Shown: piece after piece, positions 41,750-56,762 of the stretch
How the letters are laid out: each line of letters starts with the position of its first letter
Position numbering within the stretch: the stretch's first letter is position 1
Origin: Eledone cirrhosa
Taxonomy: Eukaryota
Direction of reading: 5' to 3'
Assembly: GCA_964016885.1 (NCBI GenBank)
Contig: OZ024742.1
Span: forward strand, 39,618,001 to 39,682,000
Length of the DNA stretch: 64,000 nt
The notes under the pieces: generated by a model
What the model was told of the DNA's origin: nothing
The model's database searches: none
Seen by the model: only the letters and a program-made list of their open reading frames with translations
Translations under genes and position numbers: made by a program

Positions 41750-44700
41750 TTCAATGATGTTCCATAACAGTATAAAAGAGATAATAAGGGTTCTGGAACA
41801 AAAGAGATAATTGGCAATAAGGGCAGGGGCCCCAGGTTATCACAGCCTGGGCCCGCTCGTCATCGTGCCACTGTAATATAACCAAACAAGGCATTTAGTC
41901 TTGGTTGCTGGAATGTACGGACGCTGCTTGACAGGGATTCCTTGGAACGTCCTGAACGATGGACCGCTCTTGTTGAAAAGGAGCTTCGACGTTACGATCT
42001 TGACATCGTAGCTTTATCTGAGACGAGGTTAGTTGGAGATACTCATCTTACAGAATTTTGTGGAGAATATACATTCTTCTGGAAAGGAAGAGATGAAGGA
42101 ACCAGAAGAGAGGCTGGGGTAACATTTGCTGTTAAGACTGTTCTTGTGGATAAATTAGAAGAATTCCCAGTAGTGAACGTCTTATGTCCATGAGAATTCC
42201 GCTGGACAAAGGAAGATATGCAACGCTGGTGAGTGTGTATGCTCCAACTATGAATTCTGTCGATGAAGAAAAAGTGTCCTTTTACCATGCCTTGAAAGGT
42301 GTTTTAAGAAATATCCCTCAGGCAGACAAAGTCACGTGCTTGGTGACTATAATGCTCGAGTGGGTAGGGATTTTAACACATGGAATATAATCGGAACGCA
42401 TGGGGTGGGAAAGTGTAACAACAATGGTATGCTCCTGTTACATATGTGTGAGGAGCAGGATCTGTGTGTTACCAACACCATGTTCCAACAAAAGAACAAA
42501 TTCAAGACCACATGGATGCATCCTGCATCTAAGGAATGGCATCTTTTGGACTACGTCCTAGTCAGGATGCGTGACAGACAGGATGTGCAGTGTGTTCCCG
42601 CTCTTCGTGGAGCTGAGTGCTGGACGGACCACCGCCTGGTACGCGCAAAAGTGAAACTAATCACTAAACGTAAAATCCGGGCTCCTGGTGTTACCCTGCA
42701 AAGAAGATTGAATGCTGCTCGTCTTAGGGATAAAAATATGAAGAGAACATTACGAGAAGAGATGCAGGTTGCAGATCTTGGTGAGGATTGGCCGACCCTT
42801 AAAAATTCGGTTTATGATGTAGGCAGGTGTGTTCTGGGATTGGTGCAGAGAAAACAGCAAGATTGGTTTAATGAGAATGATGAAAATATAGAAGACTTGT
42901 TGGCTGATAAGAGGCGTGCCCTGTCACGCTACTTGACGACAAAACCACAGGAGTAGAATATGTTGCATAAGGAAGTCAAGGATGTGAAATCACGTGTTAG
43001 GCAGAGTCTTTCTCAGATGAAGGATCAGTGGCGGAGTGAGAAGGCTGATGAGATACAAGCTGCGTCAGATTCCAATAACACAAAGCTGTTGTACAGTCTC
43101 TTGCGTGAAGTTTATGGACCGTCTTCTTCTCTGGTGCCACCGCTTCGCAACAAAGTACTTCTTCGTGACTCACAAGGAATTCTACGAAGGTGGCGAGAGC
43201 ACTTTGATGATCTTTTGAATCAGCCGTCTGTCGTCAATGAAGATTTCCTCAATCTCATTCCAGGAAGTCCTGTGAAAGTAGCTCTCGCAGAACCTCCGAC
43301 GCTTGTGGAGGTTGCAGTAGCTATCTCGAAGCTGAACAGTGGAAGGTCTCCAGGTATGAATGGCATATATGCTGAGCTCCTGAAATATGGTGGTGAGAGA
43401 CTCCTGCAACATCTTTACTCTTTGTTTGGCAGGATATGGGCTAATGAATCCGTACATGAGGACTGGGGAGATGCAGTAATGGTTGTCTTGTACAAGGGAA
43501 AGGGTAAGAGGAATGATTGTGGCAACTACAGAGGTATATCATTGCTTTCTGTGGTAGGGAAAGTTTTATGTAGGGTGCTTCTGGACCGTCTGCTGACACA
43601 CATTGCAGATTGTGTTCTTCCTGAAAGTCAATATGGTTTTCGTGCTGGACGCGGCACTACTGATATGATCTTCTCAGCCAGACAGCTCCAGGAGAAGTGC
43701 ATGGAACAAGGCTTGGATCTGTATCAGGTTTGTGTCGATCTGACAAAAGCTTTCGATACTGTCAAGAGAAATGCATTATGGAAGGTTCTCCAGAAACCTG
43801 GTTGCCCTGATAAGTTCCTTGCTTTGGTTAGGTCTTTCCATGACGACATGAAGGCTTGGGTTACTGTCGGGGGTAACATGTCAGAGCCTATCTCAGTAAA
43901 AAATGGAGTGAAACAGGAGGATATTCCAGCACAGACCTTGTTTGCCATATACTTTGCAATGGTTTTCTATATTACATTCAGGAATTGAGAGCATGGTGTT
44001 TACATCCGATATCGAACCTCAGGCAGCATATTTAACATCAGGCGCTTTGCTGCAAAAACAAAAGTATTTACATCAATCACAAGAGACCTCTTGTATGCAG
44101 ATGATTGCGATCTTGTAGCGCACACAGAGAGTGATATGCAGCACATTTTGAATGCGTTTTCTGATGCTTGCACAACCCTAGGATTGACTGTCAGTCTCAA
44201 GAAAACCGTCGTCATGTACCAACCTGCCCCTAGTAAGCAGTACAGTGAACCAAATATCTATGTATATGGTAAACGACTTGGAGTGGTTGATCAGTTTGTC
44301 TACCTGGGAAGCACTGTCAATCGATACAGCAACCTTGATAATGAAATTCCACTCAGGATTAGGAAAGCAAGTGGTGCTTTGGGAAAGCTAGAAAGGCGAC
44401 TCTGGTGTTGTCGAGACATATGCAAGAAGACAAAGGTAAATGTGTACTAGGCATGTGTGCTCCCTTCTCTTCTTTATGCCTGTGAGACCTGGGTCACATA
44501 TCGACACAACCTTAAGCAATTGGAGCGTTTCCATCAGATGTGTCTCAGACGGATCCATGGCGTTCACTGGAGGGGCCACATCAGTGATGTCGAGATTTTG
44601 GAAAGTTCTCTGGTCACTTTGCCAGGATGAAGGATTCTAGAATACCAAAACAACTCTTTTATGGAGAGTTAGTTAAAGGAAAACGACCTCCACATAAACC

Positions 44701-45226
44701 CAAAAAAGGTATAAGGATTCCTTGAAAGCCTCTTTGAAAGACGCTAATATCTCTGCTGATACATGGGAAAATGTTGCTGTTGATCGTAATAAATGGAGAA
44801 AGACTGTACATGAGGGAAAAGTTGCCTTTGAGGCATCTCGAATCGCATACGAGAAAGTAAAGCGGGATGTGAGGAAGGGCATTACTGTTGCACTTCCAGA
44901 CAGCGAAGGTCCTCCTATGGTGCTGACATTCAGCGTCTGTGCGAGACTCTGCCTAAGCAAAGCTGGACTAAAAAGTCATCTTCGCAGTCATAAAATAAGA
45001 CCACTGGTTGACTACCGGGCTACTGTGGGAGATGCTACTCATCATGCTTGCCAAGCATGTGGTAGAGAATGTAAATCAGCAAGAGGGCTCAAACGACATG
45101 CAAAAGTACACGAACTCCAACCACAGCCGGCTATTCCCAGTGAATGTTTTGGTTGCCGACTCTGTGCAAGACATTTTAGATAATTGGCTGGGCTAAAAAG
45201 CCACATTCGATCGCAGCGCTGTTAAT
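41750..45226 (+). mobile_element. Near full-length decayed RTE-clade LINE (APE, RT, three C2H2 fingers)
   Basis: WNVRTL, ALSETR, VYAPT, LGDYNARVG, WHLLDY, TDH (APE). NYRGISLLS, LPESQYGFR, DLTKAFDTV, YADD, FVYLGS (RT). Several stops and frameshifts. Confidence 0.96.
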
Positions 45227-45431
45227 TGCTATCGTGTGTGTGTGTGTGTAGATATGTTTATGTGTGTGTGTAGATGTATATGTATATTATTATTGTTGTT
45301 GTTATCGTTATTATTATTGCCGTTATTATTATTATTATTATTGTTATTGTTATTCCTTGAATCTCAGTCATTGATGTTGGTTAACTGGAAAGTCCGTTGG
45401 ATTGAATATCAAGCCACTACCTGCAGCCTCA

Positions 45432-45469
<38 letters not shown>

Positions 45470-45939
45470 GTTTTTTTCTCGTGCAATGGCCATATTCGAT
45501 AACGAGGGGGCAGCCATCATCATGTATGTATGTATGTATGTATGTATGTATGTATGTATGTATGTATGTATGTATGTATGTATGTATGTATGTATGTATG
45601 TATGTATGTATGTATGTACGTATGTAGGTGTGTATGTATACATGTATTTGTATGTATGTAGGTATGTATGTGTGCATGTATACATGTATGTTGTATGTAT
45701 TATATTAGTAGAGTGGGATTGGCCCAGTGCGCTGTCTTTCCTCACTAAAAAAAAAAACTTCACGCACAGGCATTGCACGATAACATTAATTGATAATTAT
45801 TAATAATGTTATATCGTGCAATGGCCTTACTCGATAACGAGGGGACAGACGTCATGTATGTATGTATATATGTATGTAGTTAAGACTAGTAAGACGATTA
45901 TTCATCTCAATACAAAATATATAATATTGACACCATTGT

Positions 45940-46010
45940 TTATAATATAATATAATATAATATAATATAATATAATATAATATAATATAATATAATATAA
46001 TATAATATAT
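45940..46010. repeat. (TATAA)n microsatellite
   Basis: Direct reading. Confidence 0.95.
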
Positions 46011-46051
46011 CAATAGAAAAAAGAACCAAGTCTTACTTAAAACATATATTC

Positions 46052-46140
46052 ATCTTACATATGTTTCAATATAGAGCGGTGGGCCATACCACAATACATA
46101 CGAGGTATTTGTTCATCGTTCTACATATCTTCAGGAGTCT
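46052..46140 (-). ncRNA. Degenerate hammerhead (stem I disrupted) next to (TATAA)n
   Basis: CTGAAGA-t-ATGTAGA...TCTATAT-t-GAAA-CATATG-TA, with palindromic ACATATGT. Confidence 0.55.
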
Positions 46141-47099
46141 AGATATTGTTCGACTTGTCAACTGTATCACATACATGAGATAACTCCATACAACGGATGA
46201 GGTTGATATCATACCAATACAGAATACATTGCAGGAGCTGGTGCAGTAATGCGTCAGCTTCAGCTGTCATCAAAAGAAGAGAGGTGAGTGTAAAAGCCAA
46301 TCTCGCTATCTTCAATTCGGTATTCGTGCCAACCCTTACCTACCTATGGTCATGAAACTTGGGTAGTGACCGGAAGAATACGATCGCGAATACAAGGAGC
46401 CGAAATGAGGTTCCTCCGAAATGAGCCCCCCCCCCCCGCCTTCTCACATACTCTGTCGTGCTGAATCTACTCGAGATCCACGTTAAGGGTGCACGTACCT
46501 GTAGAATACTCAGTCGCGTTAAATTGAATAGAACACTCATCAAAACCGACGGAGGTCCACCATAGACACATACACACACATACGCATGCGCAGACGCATA
46601 CACGTTCTCTGTCACTTCTATGTCACACCTTCCCTTATCCATCAATTTTCTAGATTAAACTGTGTAATGTGTTGACGGTAGGTATGTTATATATTGCTTG
46701 GTGACAGGTAAAACAGATTTCGATGACAAATATGACATAGGATTGTAATAGGTAGTAAGTAATTATGAAAAGGCGGCTTAGATCATCATCGGAAGGAGAC
46801 AGAAAAACAAATCGAATCAAACAAAATACATTAAAAATAAACATTAGACTTGCATAATGACACTCGAGTGGTGTGAGATTTTTTAATATAATCTGACCCA
46901 GCTGTCACCTTTAAAAAAAAGACATGATTATGCCACAAGTCATATCAACTACTAACCACGATTAAATAAACTAGAATAAATTTGAATTTAAATATAACAA
47001 AATTAACTGCCAGCAGACATGGCATGAAAAGGCATGGCATGGGGCCTTAACTTCTAATTGGGTGTTATAGAGGTGGAAGTGATATACGGAGACTTAGTT

Positions 47100-48540
47100 T
47101 CTGCTGCGTCTTGAGACATATAAGGCAGCCAAAGTACTCAAATGACTACGGTCAATTGCATCTATCAATACATCGTTTCAATTTTTGTTGACGGGTTCAA
47201 GCCTCTGTCGATTGTCTGCCGCCAGTTCATGTTGGGACCACCTCTTCGCCTCTTTCTGTCGAGGTACCAATACAGGACCTCATTAACATGGCCTTCACTT
47301 GGGAGTCCTGTGATGTTTCCCAACCAGCTAAGTCAACGCTTTGCACACGGTATTAGACATACGTTGTAGGTGGATTCGTTGACAGACTTCTTTGTAGGTG
47401 CTGAAGTCATCTCTCCTGATGCCAAGAATTTGCGTAGGCATTTGGTGTCAAAAGCATCTAATTAGTTCTCTTGTCTTGTCTTCACACTCCTCGTTTCGCA
47501 CCTACACAGGAACGTTGAAAGTACATTGCTATTATAAAAGCTCATCTTGGTACTAACCGAAATAATTTTTTGCCTCTTGTTGAGTTGTTTAAAGGCAGCC
47601 AAAACTATTCTGCAATTAATTTCTTTCACCATGTCCCCATTTCTGTTGACAGAGCTTCCCAGGTAGGTGAAGTCGTCCACGGCTTCAACATTCCCCTGGT
47701 TGATACAGACATTTGTTAGTGATTTACGTATATCAACAAGCATGTTCTTGGTCTTTTTGGCACTAATGTAGCGACAGATGCTGGTTGTAGATGACTGAGT
47801 CTCATCTATCAAATACTGTAAGTTGGGTCTATTTTTGGCTATGGCCGCAATATCGCCTGCAAAGTCAAAGTCGGGGAACTTTTGTTACTCTAGCCAGTCA
47901 ATTCCCTTAACCTTTGAGAATCCAGTCGAAGGCAAAAGCAAAGAATATCGGCTACAGCAGAATTTCATCATTTACCAAAAAGTTCTGCTTTTTTAGCTTG
48001 GCTCTGCAGCCACAGACGTTTGCACATTTGAGGATTGCGATTTACTTATCATTTTCAGCACATTTCTGTAACACACTACGGTCCTCATCATTGTTGTTCT
48101 GCTTTCTTTAAGTAGTAGTCGCCAGGTGTGGTCACTAATCCTTTATTTCCCTGATGGGCTATTTGTACCCCAGTATTTCTTCACCAGTTGTCATTGTTTT
48201 CCTTTAGGCTTCCCTACCATTCTTATGTACCTGGTGGAGTGGCTTCTAAGGAATAGAACATGTTTTGAAGAACTGCCTCGAACTCGCTTGGTGATATGGT
48301 GTCCTGGGTAATGGTGTTCTGTTCTGCTTCAGTTTGATCTAAATTTTGGTAATGACTAAGTAGTTGTCGCTGCTGACATCGGCGCCTCGATATACAATAA
48401 TATTTGGAAAACAGGGTACTCTCCGTTCAGGCCCAATCGCTAAGTGATCTATCTGGGTCCTTGTTTTATGGTCATTGGAAGTCCATGGACTTATGTTCAA
48501 AGAGGGATGATCCAATCTTCTCATACGGCATGACTAGGGC
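47100..48540 (-). mobile_element. Old, internally deleted RTE-clade LINE
   Basis: WTS.D..T..QIDHLAI..RGADVSSD..LV (APE end), DFAGD (RT), VDDFTYLGS..KEI..RI, VSTK..YNSNVLST.L..CET. Confidence 0.8.
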
Positions 48541-48794
48541 ATTTAAATGTGGTGAAGCTCATCCATCTCCAGGTTAGACCACATCCAATTTCTTCCAAAG
48601 AAATATAAAGAGAAAAGGGGGGGGGTGAGAAAGAGACATAGAAGAAGAATAGACTGTCCCCTCTTTAGAATTGAACTGATACTTTATTTTATTGACCCCG
48701 TAACGATGAAAGGCTAAGTTAACCTTAGCGCGGAAACTGCCGTAACTATATATTCCATTCTGTTCGACTGTTTAAAAATTCTTCTAATCTACCG

Positions 48795-49281
48795 TCCACA
48801 AGGCCAATCATTTTAGAGGAGGGGCAAGTCGATTAAATCGACCCCAGTGCATTACTGGTGCTTTATTTTATCGACCCAATAAGGATGAAAGGCAAAGCTA
48901 ATCTCGGTGGGATTTGAACTCAGATCATAAAGGGCCGTAACTCTATGTTACAAAGCATAGTGTCCGACGCTCTAATGATTCTGCCAATCCACGGTCCTAT
49001 TTAAAATAATAATGTAGCATCCATTTAAATTGATGTTGAGGGCAAATAATTTTAAAGTTGATGCTGAGAACCGGGGTGGTGATAGATTGGTCGTTATTTG
49101 AAATAATTGTTTCTACTTTAGGCACAAGGCCAGCAATTACCCAGTACATTACTGGTACTTTATTTTATCGACCCCGTAAGGATGAAAGGCAAAGTCAACC
49201 TCGGCGGGATTTGAACTCAGATCGTAAAGGGACGTAACTATGCTGGAAAGCATGGCGTCCGACCCTCTACCGATACTGCCA
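48795..49281 (-). mobile_element. Two SINE family A copies (48795-48998, 49105-49281)
   Basis: Match to the family A consensus. Confidence 0.85.
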
Positions 49282-49431
49282 TTAATCACTTGAATGGACA
49301 CGAAGGTTATATATTTAACAGACTTTTTAACTTGTCTATTTATTTATTTTTGTCAACGTGGGAACTTAGGAAGTAATCAAACATGTTGCACAAAGTTGAA
49401 GATATGATGATGATGGTGTTAGTGATGATTT

Positions 49432-49496
<65 letters not shown>

Positions 49497-49677
49497 ATAC
49501 CAGTAGCAGACAGGGTAGGGAAGACCAAGAAAGGAAATAAAGTAGAAAAGGACGCTCCGTGTATCGTTTCCCTATCGATCTACTTACTGTATATGCCATG
49601 TCAAGGGCATATAACTCCTACTTGAGTCACAGTGTCTTCGTAGTGATATTTAAACCTGGTGGAGCTCATCCCTATTT

Positions 49678-49702
49678 AGGCCTGAACATAGCCGATATCT
49701 TC

Positions 49703-49771
<69 letters not shown>

Positions 49772-49796
49772 CCAGGCCTGAACTTAGCCGATATCC

Positions 49797-49887
<91 letters not shown>

Positions 49888-49974
49888 CCAGGCCTGAACA
49901 TAGCCGTTATCTTCTAGAAAGAGGGAAAGAGAGAGAGACAGAGAGCTCCAGGTCTGAACTTAGCCGATATCTTC

Positions 49975-50045
<71 letters not shown>

Positions 50046-50066
50046 CCAGGTCTGAACTTAGCCGGG
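49678..50066. repeat. Compound repeat: GCTCCAGG(C/T)CTGAAC(A/T)TAGCCGATATCTTCTA x5 with (GA)n spacers
   Basis: Direct reading. Confidence 0.85.
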
Positions 50067-50304
50067 AAAGAGAACAAACAGAGAAGGGGTGGTGAATAAA
50101 CTTCAGTACTGGTTTATCTATCGACATCGATAGGCTGAAAGACAACGTTAACCTGGGTGAAACAAATACCGCGAATTATCCTATCCAACATTTTAACAAC
50201 TCTGACAACTTGCTGCCTCGTGTGTGTGTATGTGTGTTTGTGTGTATGTGTGTGTATGTGTCTGTGTGTGTGTGTGTGTCTGTATGTGTGTGTGTGTGTG
50301 CTAG

Positions 50305-50580
50305 ACCTCCGTCGGTTCTGATGACGAGTGTTCCAATTGTTCGAACAACGGAACAGACACCTCATGTAATTAACGAGCAAGTAAGTGGCTGAGCATTCTA
50401 CAAACACGTGTACCAATAATGAAATTCTTAGGGAGATTCAGCTTGACATAGTCACAGTGTGCGACAAGGCTGGCCATTTGAATTACAGGAGATAAATCAT
50501 TTTTGCCAGCTAAGTGTACTGCTGCAATGTAAAATAAAGTTTATTGCTCAAAGCCTAAAAACGCTAACCACTAAACCAGA
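50305..50580 (-). mobile_element. SINE family B
   Basis: Reverse similarity to 9292-9590. Confidence 0.7.
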
Positions 50581-51211
50581 CTGCATCTAAAAAATAATAA
50601 TCTGTTTGACTAGGAAGGAAGCTAATTTTAGTGACAAAGAAGAGATTACAGATTGAAAATAATAGATTCCCTTTATAATATGGAAAGGTTCCATTGGAGA
50701 ACAATTTCTATTAACCCTTTCTTTTAAATTTTCTCTAAAATTGTTTGTCAGACAGTGTTGACATTTTAAAACGCTATAATGGAGAACAGTTTCATTCAAA
50801 CCCCAACTGAAATTCAAATAGAAAAGAAAAAAAATCTAAATCAAAAAGAAAATTGAAATTTTTTGAAATGATGATGATGATAACGATGATGATGATGGAG
50901 GTGGTGGTAGTGGTGGTGACGGTGGCGGTGGTGGCGGTGGTGGTGGTAATGACGGTAGTGATGGTGTTGAATAAAATATATAACATTCACAGAGCAGGAA
51001 AGAACCAAGTAACAATATATATATATAAAAAAAAGAGAAAAAAACCTATAGATTAGAAAGGTAAGGGAATTAATGAAGAAGAAGAAGAAAATAGCGATCA
51101 GTTAGTAGAAATAATCTGTACCGGAAGAGATTTAGACAGGAACGGAAGGGGAAGTTAAGATTGGGTCGGTTGTAAGATTGCTGAATAATGGGGTGTGATT
51201 GACACAACACA

Positions 51212-51311
<100 letters not shown>

Positions 51312-51470
51312 ATGTGTAACTTGGCTCTCTCTCTCTCTCTCTTTCTCCTTCTCTCTCTCTCTCTATATATATATATGTGTGTGTGTGCATGTGCGTGTGT
51401 GTATTATCTATGTTTATATATTTATGATATATTACACACACACACCCACACACACACATATATATATATA

Positions 51471-51606
51471 GGAAAAGGTATGACCCCGACGGCAGAGCTC
51501 AAGCCGTTTCGACGGCTATTTCTGGAGTACCCACTCTACTACCCTAACTATTGAGTACTCTGGTGCGTTAGGGTCCATCTGGTTCCTTACCACACCTCGC
51601 TCGTTA
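51471..51606 (-). mobile_element. (TA)n-flanked PLE fragment, family of 19531-19717
   Basis: The reverse complement matches 19531-19610 and 19671-19715. The HHR core is deleted but GAAA-CGGC..GCCG-TC is retained. Confidence 0.65.
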
Positions 51607-51661
51607 TATATATATATATATATGAAATATAAGAATCAAAGAGCTGTTCAAAACATTATTG

Positions 51662-51708
51662 TGCTTACAGCTGTTTCCTCCAAACCGAGGTTTGGATTCT
51701 TCGGAGCA
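51662..51708 (-). ncRNA. Hammerhead with a U4C core change in a (TA)n-flanked fragment
   Basis: TGCT-CCGAAGA-a-TCCAAAC ctcg GTTTGGA-g-GAAA-CAGCTG-TA-AGCA. Confidence 0.65.
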
Positions 51709-52160
51709 ATTTATTAATGCATGGACAGTTATATGACCTCCTTTTCAGCCGAGAGACATACCGATACATATTCAAACATTGTGGGTCAACATTCATTACA
51801 GAATTTAGAGTGGCAGTACACACTTCGAGATTACATTTATATTAAGAGGTACAATCAAAAATACAGGTTAAAATACAACATGAAGATAAGCGGTTATATA
51901 GTGGAAATGTTATGTGTGGCACGCATATATATATATATTAAGGAGCGATCGACATTCGTCAAATCGGACCGAAGAAACAATGTTTCCGTTGGTCTTTCCA
52001 ATTACTAATGCTATCTATCGGTCGCAACTCCAGGTAGAAGAAGCAGCGTGAAATAAAGAGTCTTGCTCAAGGACATAACGCATTGCCTGGTCCAGGAATC
52101 GAACTCACAACCTTACGATTGCGAATCCAGTTCTCTAACCACTCAGCCGCACGCCGTCAC

Positions 52161-52215
<55 letters not shown>

Positions 52216-52216
52216 G

Positions 52217-53018
<802 letters not shown>

Positions 53019-53166
53019 GAAATATATATAATGAAATAAATATGGTTTTATAAATATAGTTTTCCATTTATTTAATATTGTAAATATACTCCAAATATTT
53101 GTCGAGTGCTTTTATATCAGTTATAAATATTTACTAGTTGTAACCCAACAATTTTAAATATAACTT

Positions 53167-53169
<3 letters not shown>
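53019..53169 (+). mobile_element. PLE pLTR 3' fragment starting at the hammerhead GAAA
   Basis: GAAATATATATAATGAAATAAATATGGTTTTATAAATATAG.. is homologous to the reverse of 21862-22015 and ends in (TA)n. Confidence 0.8.
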
Positions 53170-53256
<87 letters not shown>

Positions 53257-54091
53257 CACATACATATTACACACACACACATATATATATGGAGAGAGAG
53301 AGAGAGCGTATGAGCGTATGACAGATAGTGTGTGCGTGTGTGTTTGTGTGTGTAATAGGTATGTGCGCTTGTGTCAATGAAAGATATGGTGAAGAAATTG
53401 AGAGAAATAGGTGAATAAAGAGAAAGAAGGAGAAAGAGCGAGTGTATGATGGGGGGGGGGGGGACATGTAATGGAGATGACGGCGGAGGGGGAGAGACGA
53501 ACGGAGGGGGAGAAATATAAGAGGGTTAATGGAGTGGGTAGGGTGTGAGTATGGGTGTGTGTCAGTGGGTGTCAGTGGGTGTGTGTGTGTGTGTGTGTGT
53601 GTGTGTCGGTGTGTGTGTGTATGTAGCGTGTCATTATGTGTGTGTGTGTGAGTGTCGGTGTGTGTGTGTGTGTCAGTGGGTGTGTATGTGTGTGTCGGTG
53701 TGTGTGTGTGTGTCTCAGTGGGTGTGTGGGTGTGTCAGTGGGTGTATGTGTCGGTGTGTGTGTGTGTCTGTGTGTGTGTGTGTGTATGTCAGTGTGTGTG
53801 TGTGTGTGTGTCAGTGGTTGTGTGTGTGTGTCAGTGTGTGTGTGTGTCGGTGTGTATGTGTGAGTGTCGGTGTGTGTGTGAGTGTGTCAGTATGTGTCAG
53901 TATGTATGCGTGTGTGAGTGTGTCTGTCTGTAACAAATGGTTCCTCTCCAAATTCCCCCAAGACATTCCAGAGAAGTCAGCTACAGGAGATATGTTGGGG
54001 TCAATACGTCTCCATATTGGATTGGACCACGATGTCAAAGAATGACTGAAATATGAAACATGATTGGAAAGACTTCAGCGATAGGTGGTAC

Positions 54092-54140
<49 letters not shown>

Positions 54141-54606
54141 CAAATTTTTGCAATAACTACACATGCTGAATTCACTGGCCAAAATAGGGGTTTTCTCCCT
54201 TTAGAATCTCACATGTGCTTTCATAACCTGCGAGGTTCTGGCGCAAGAAGAACAAAAACCTGTTGAGAAAGCGATGCCTTGTTCGATCATTATACCAAAA
54301 GCTTATTTTTTATAAGCAGACAGTATTATTGATTTAGGTGTTGCAGAAACCCAATTCGGAGTATTCCATCTTCCCCGAGGGTCCGGGTAAATATTTCAAT
54401 CATATCTCATTTTGTTTGACCCGTTTAGCTTGTTCGCTTTTTTGGCTATGGTGGTTATGGCTTCTTAACCATTGTCTCAGCGTGTATGACCTTTTTAACT
54501 TATGTTTATAGCTCTTTATCCTCTCTATATCCATGGAGCGCTAGTCTGCACAATATGGAAGTTGCGTTTCGCTAATTTCTAACCGCCGAAATGCGATTCT
54601 CGCTAA

Positions 54607-54654
<48 letters not shown>

Positions 54655-55120
54655 AGCATCTCTTCTCACACTCGTTGGAACTACCCCAGGAACTTACCCA
54701 CAGACATACACACACATTTTTTTTTCGCACCACGCCACCCACATCCACACCACATATAAACACAACACAAACACACACGTGCGTACACACTCAACCTCCG
54801 GAATCCAGAACATGGAATCTCGTCCTTCTTCTCACATACACACACACACACACACTCACGTACACATACACACATACACAAACACCACCTTCAGCCTTCC
54901 CGGCATCGACCCCCCGCCTCCCTCGTCCAACTCCACCCTTACACGCCACCACCCGCGACCACCCTTACACGCCTCACACCCTTCCACCAATTACTCATCT
55001 TATTGTTAATTCCTATGTTTATTTTTACGTTTATTTTTATTTTTATTTTTATTTGTTCTCCTTCCCCCTTTTTTCTAAATGTATTTCCACACACCCTCGG
55101 AACTCTCTTCCTAACCTATT

Positions 55121-55155
55121 TATCATGAAGAAGGGCTTATGCCTGAAACGTCGTT
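55121..55155 (+). ncRNA. Degenerate minimal hammerhead (C3 mutated)
   Basis: atc-aTGAAGA-aGGGC ttat GCCT-GAAA-CG-TC-g, within the (TA)n-flanked island 54653-55237. Confidence 0.55.
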
Positions 55156-55233
55156 CCCCACCCCCACTCTCAAGAGCGTGAACCTAATAAACCTTTATTT
55201 GTCTGCCTCTCTGTTTTGCTCCCGTCTAAATTT

Positions 55234-55299
<66 letters not shown>

Positions 55300-55338
55300 C
55301 ATATACATATATTTACACACACACACACACACACACAT

Positions 55339-55552
<214 letters not shown>

Positions 55553-55718
55553 AATTAGTATATCTACCAACATATGTATACAGATGCATACCTATGCTAG
55601 CAAATATATATGTTTTGTCTTAGTAACTTTGTGGTTCTATGCAAGGGGATGCGGAACAATTATATGAAAGACGTAAACAAGAAAATTATAAAAATTGACT
55701 TACTTACTAAAATTTCAC

Positions 55719-55795
55719 TCCAACTAATTAGTTTCTGTAAGGGAATAAATATGGTTACGGAACGTATCCACAGAGAAACCTTACGTCATCAGGGA
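55719..55795 (-). ncRNA. Type I hammerhead in a (TA)n-flanked PLE fragment (55549-55913)
   Basis: TCC-CTGATGA-c-GTAAGG...CCTTAC-a-GAAA-CTAATTAG-TT-GGA, with palindromic ACTAATTAGT. Confidence 0.72.
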
Positions 55796-55904
55796 TTCTA
55801 TTCTCAGCTACGCTCCCAGGCAATGCGAAGACACTGGGAACTTATATAAAAATAATTCAGTGGATGGAAAAAAGCGAGCGGGGACTAAATTCCATATTTA
55901 CGTC

Positions 55905-56046
<142 letters not shown>

Positions 56047-56075
56047 TGATATATATATATATATATATATGATAT

Positions 56076-56225
56076 AAAACGAAAAATCGAGTCCGTCGAA
56101 CCTGCGCTTCCAGAATCAGACGGATCGACACGATGATTGCGTCTCGAGCTGTCCGCCGGGGAAACAATTGTAACACACAAAAAATTGAGTTCAGATGCAT
56201 CACTGATTTTTCGTTTTCTATTCTA
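56076..56225 (+). mobile_element. PLE fragment with a hammerhead 3' half (family of 30749-30918)
   Basis: CTCGAGCTG..GAAA-CAATTG-TA..CACTGATT, with a 13-bp inverted copy of its 3' end at the 5' junction. Confidence 0.6.
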
Positions 56226-56449
56226 TCATATTCTGCTCTGTAAGAGCATAGATTGCTCAACCGACATACCGCCTATGGAAGCATCTTAGCTACCATCAGA
56301 CACACACTCAAACACACACATATATATATATACATATATATATATGATATGTATGTATATATATATACTCTCCTTACTATCCTTGCTTTCATATTTCTCC
56401 TTGCTCCCCTTTTCTCACTGTATTTGTATATAAACAAGTACATAAATAC

Positions 56450-56762
56450 AAGGAGAAAGAGAGAGCAAGGAGAAAAGGAGAGTAAGGAGAAAAGGAGAGC
56501 AAGGAGAGAAATGAGAAAAGGAGAGCAAGTAGAGCAAGGAAAGTAAGCATAAAAGGTGAGCAATGAGAAAAGGATAGCAAGGAGAGCAAGGAGAGCAATG
56601 AGAAAAGAAGAGCAAGGATAAAAGGAGAGCACGGAGAGCAATGAGAAAAGGAGAACATGTAGAGGAAGGAGAAAGGGAGAGCAATGAGAAAAGGAGAGCA
56701 AGGAGAGCAATGAAAAAAGGAGAGCAAGGGGAGAAATGAGAAAAGGAGAGCAAAGAGAGCAA
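56450..56762. repeat. AG-rich degenerate minisatellite (AAGGAGAGCAATGAGAA)
   Basis: Direct reading. Confidence 0.85.

Noticed and set aside
46700-46800. CCGATGA...GAAA on the minus strand
   Set aside because: No palindromic stem III, NUH/stem I pairing or clean stem II, so it was not counted as a hammerhead.
54140-54830. Faint PLE linker/zinc-finger-like residues in (TA)n-flanked islands
   Set aside because: Too degenerate to support by eye. A profile search is needed.
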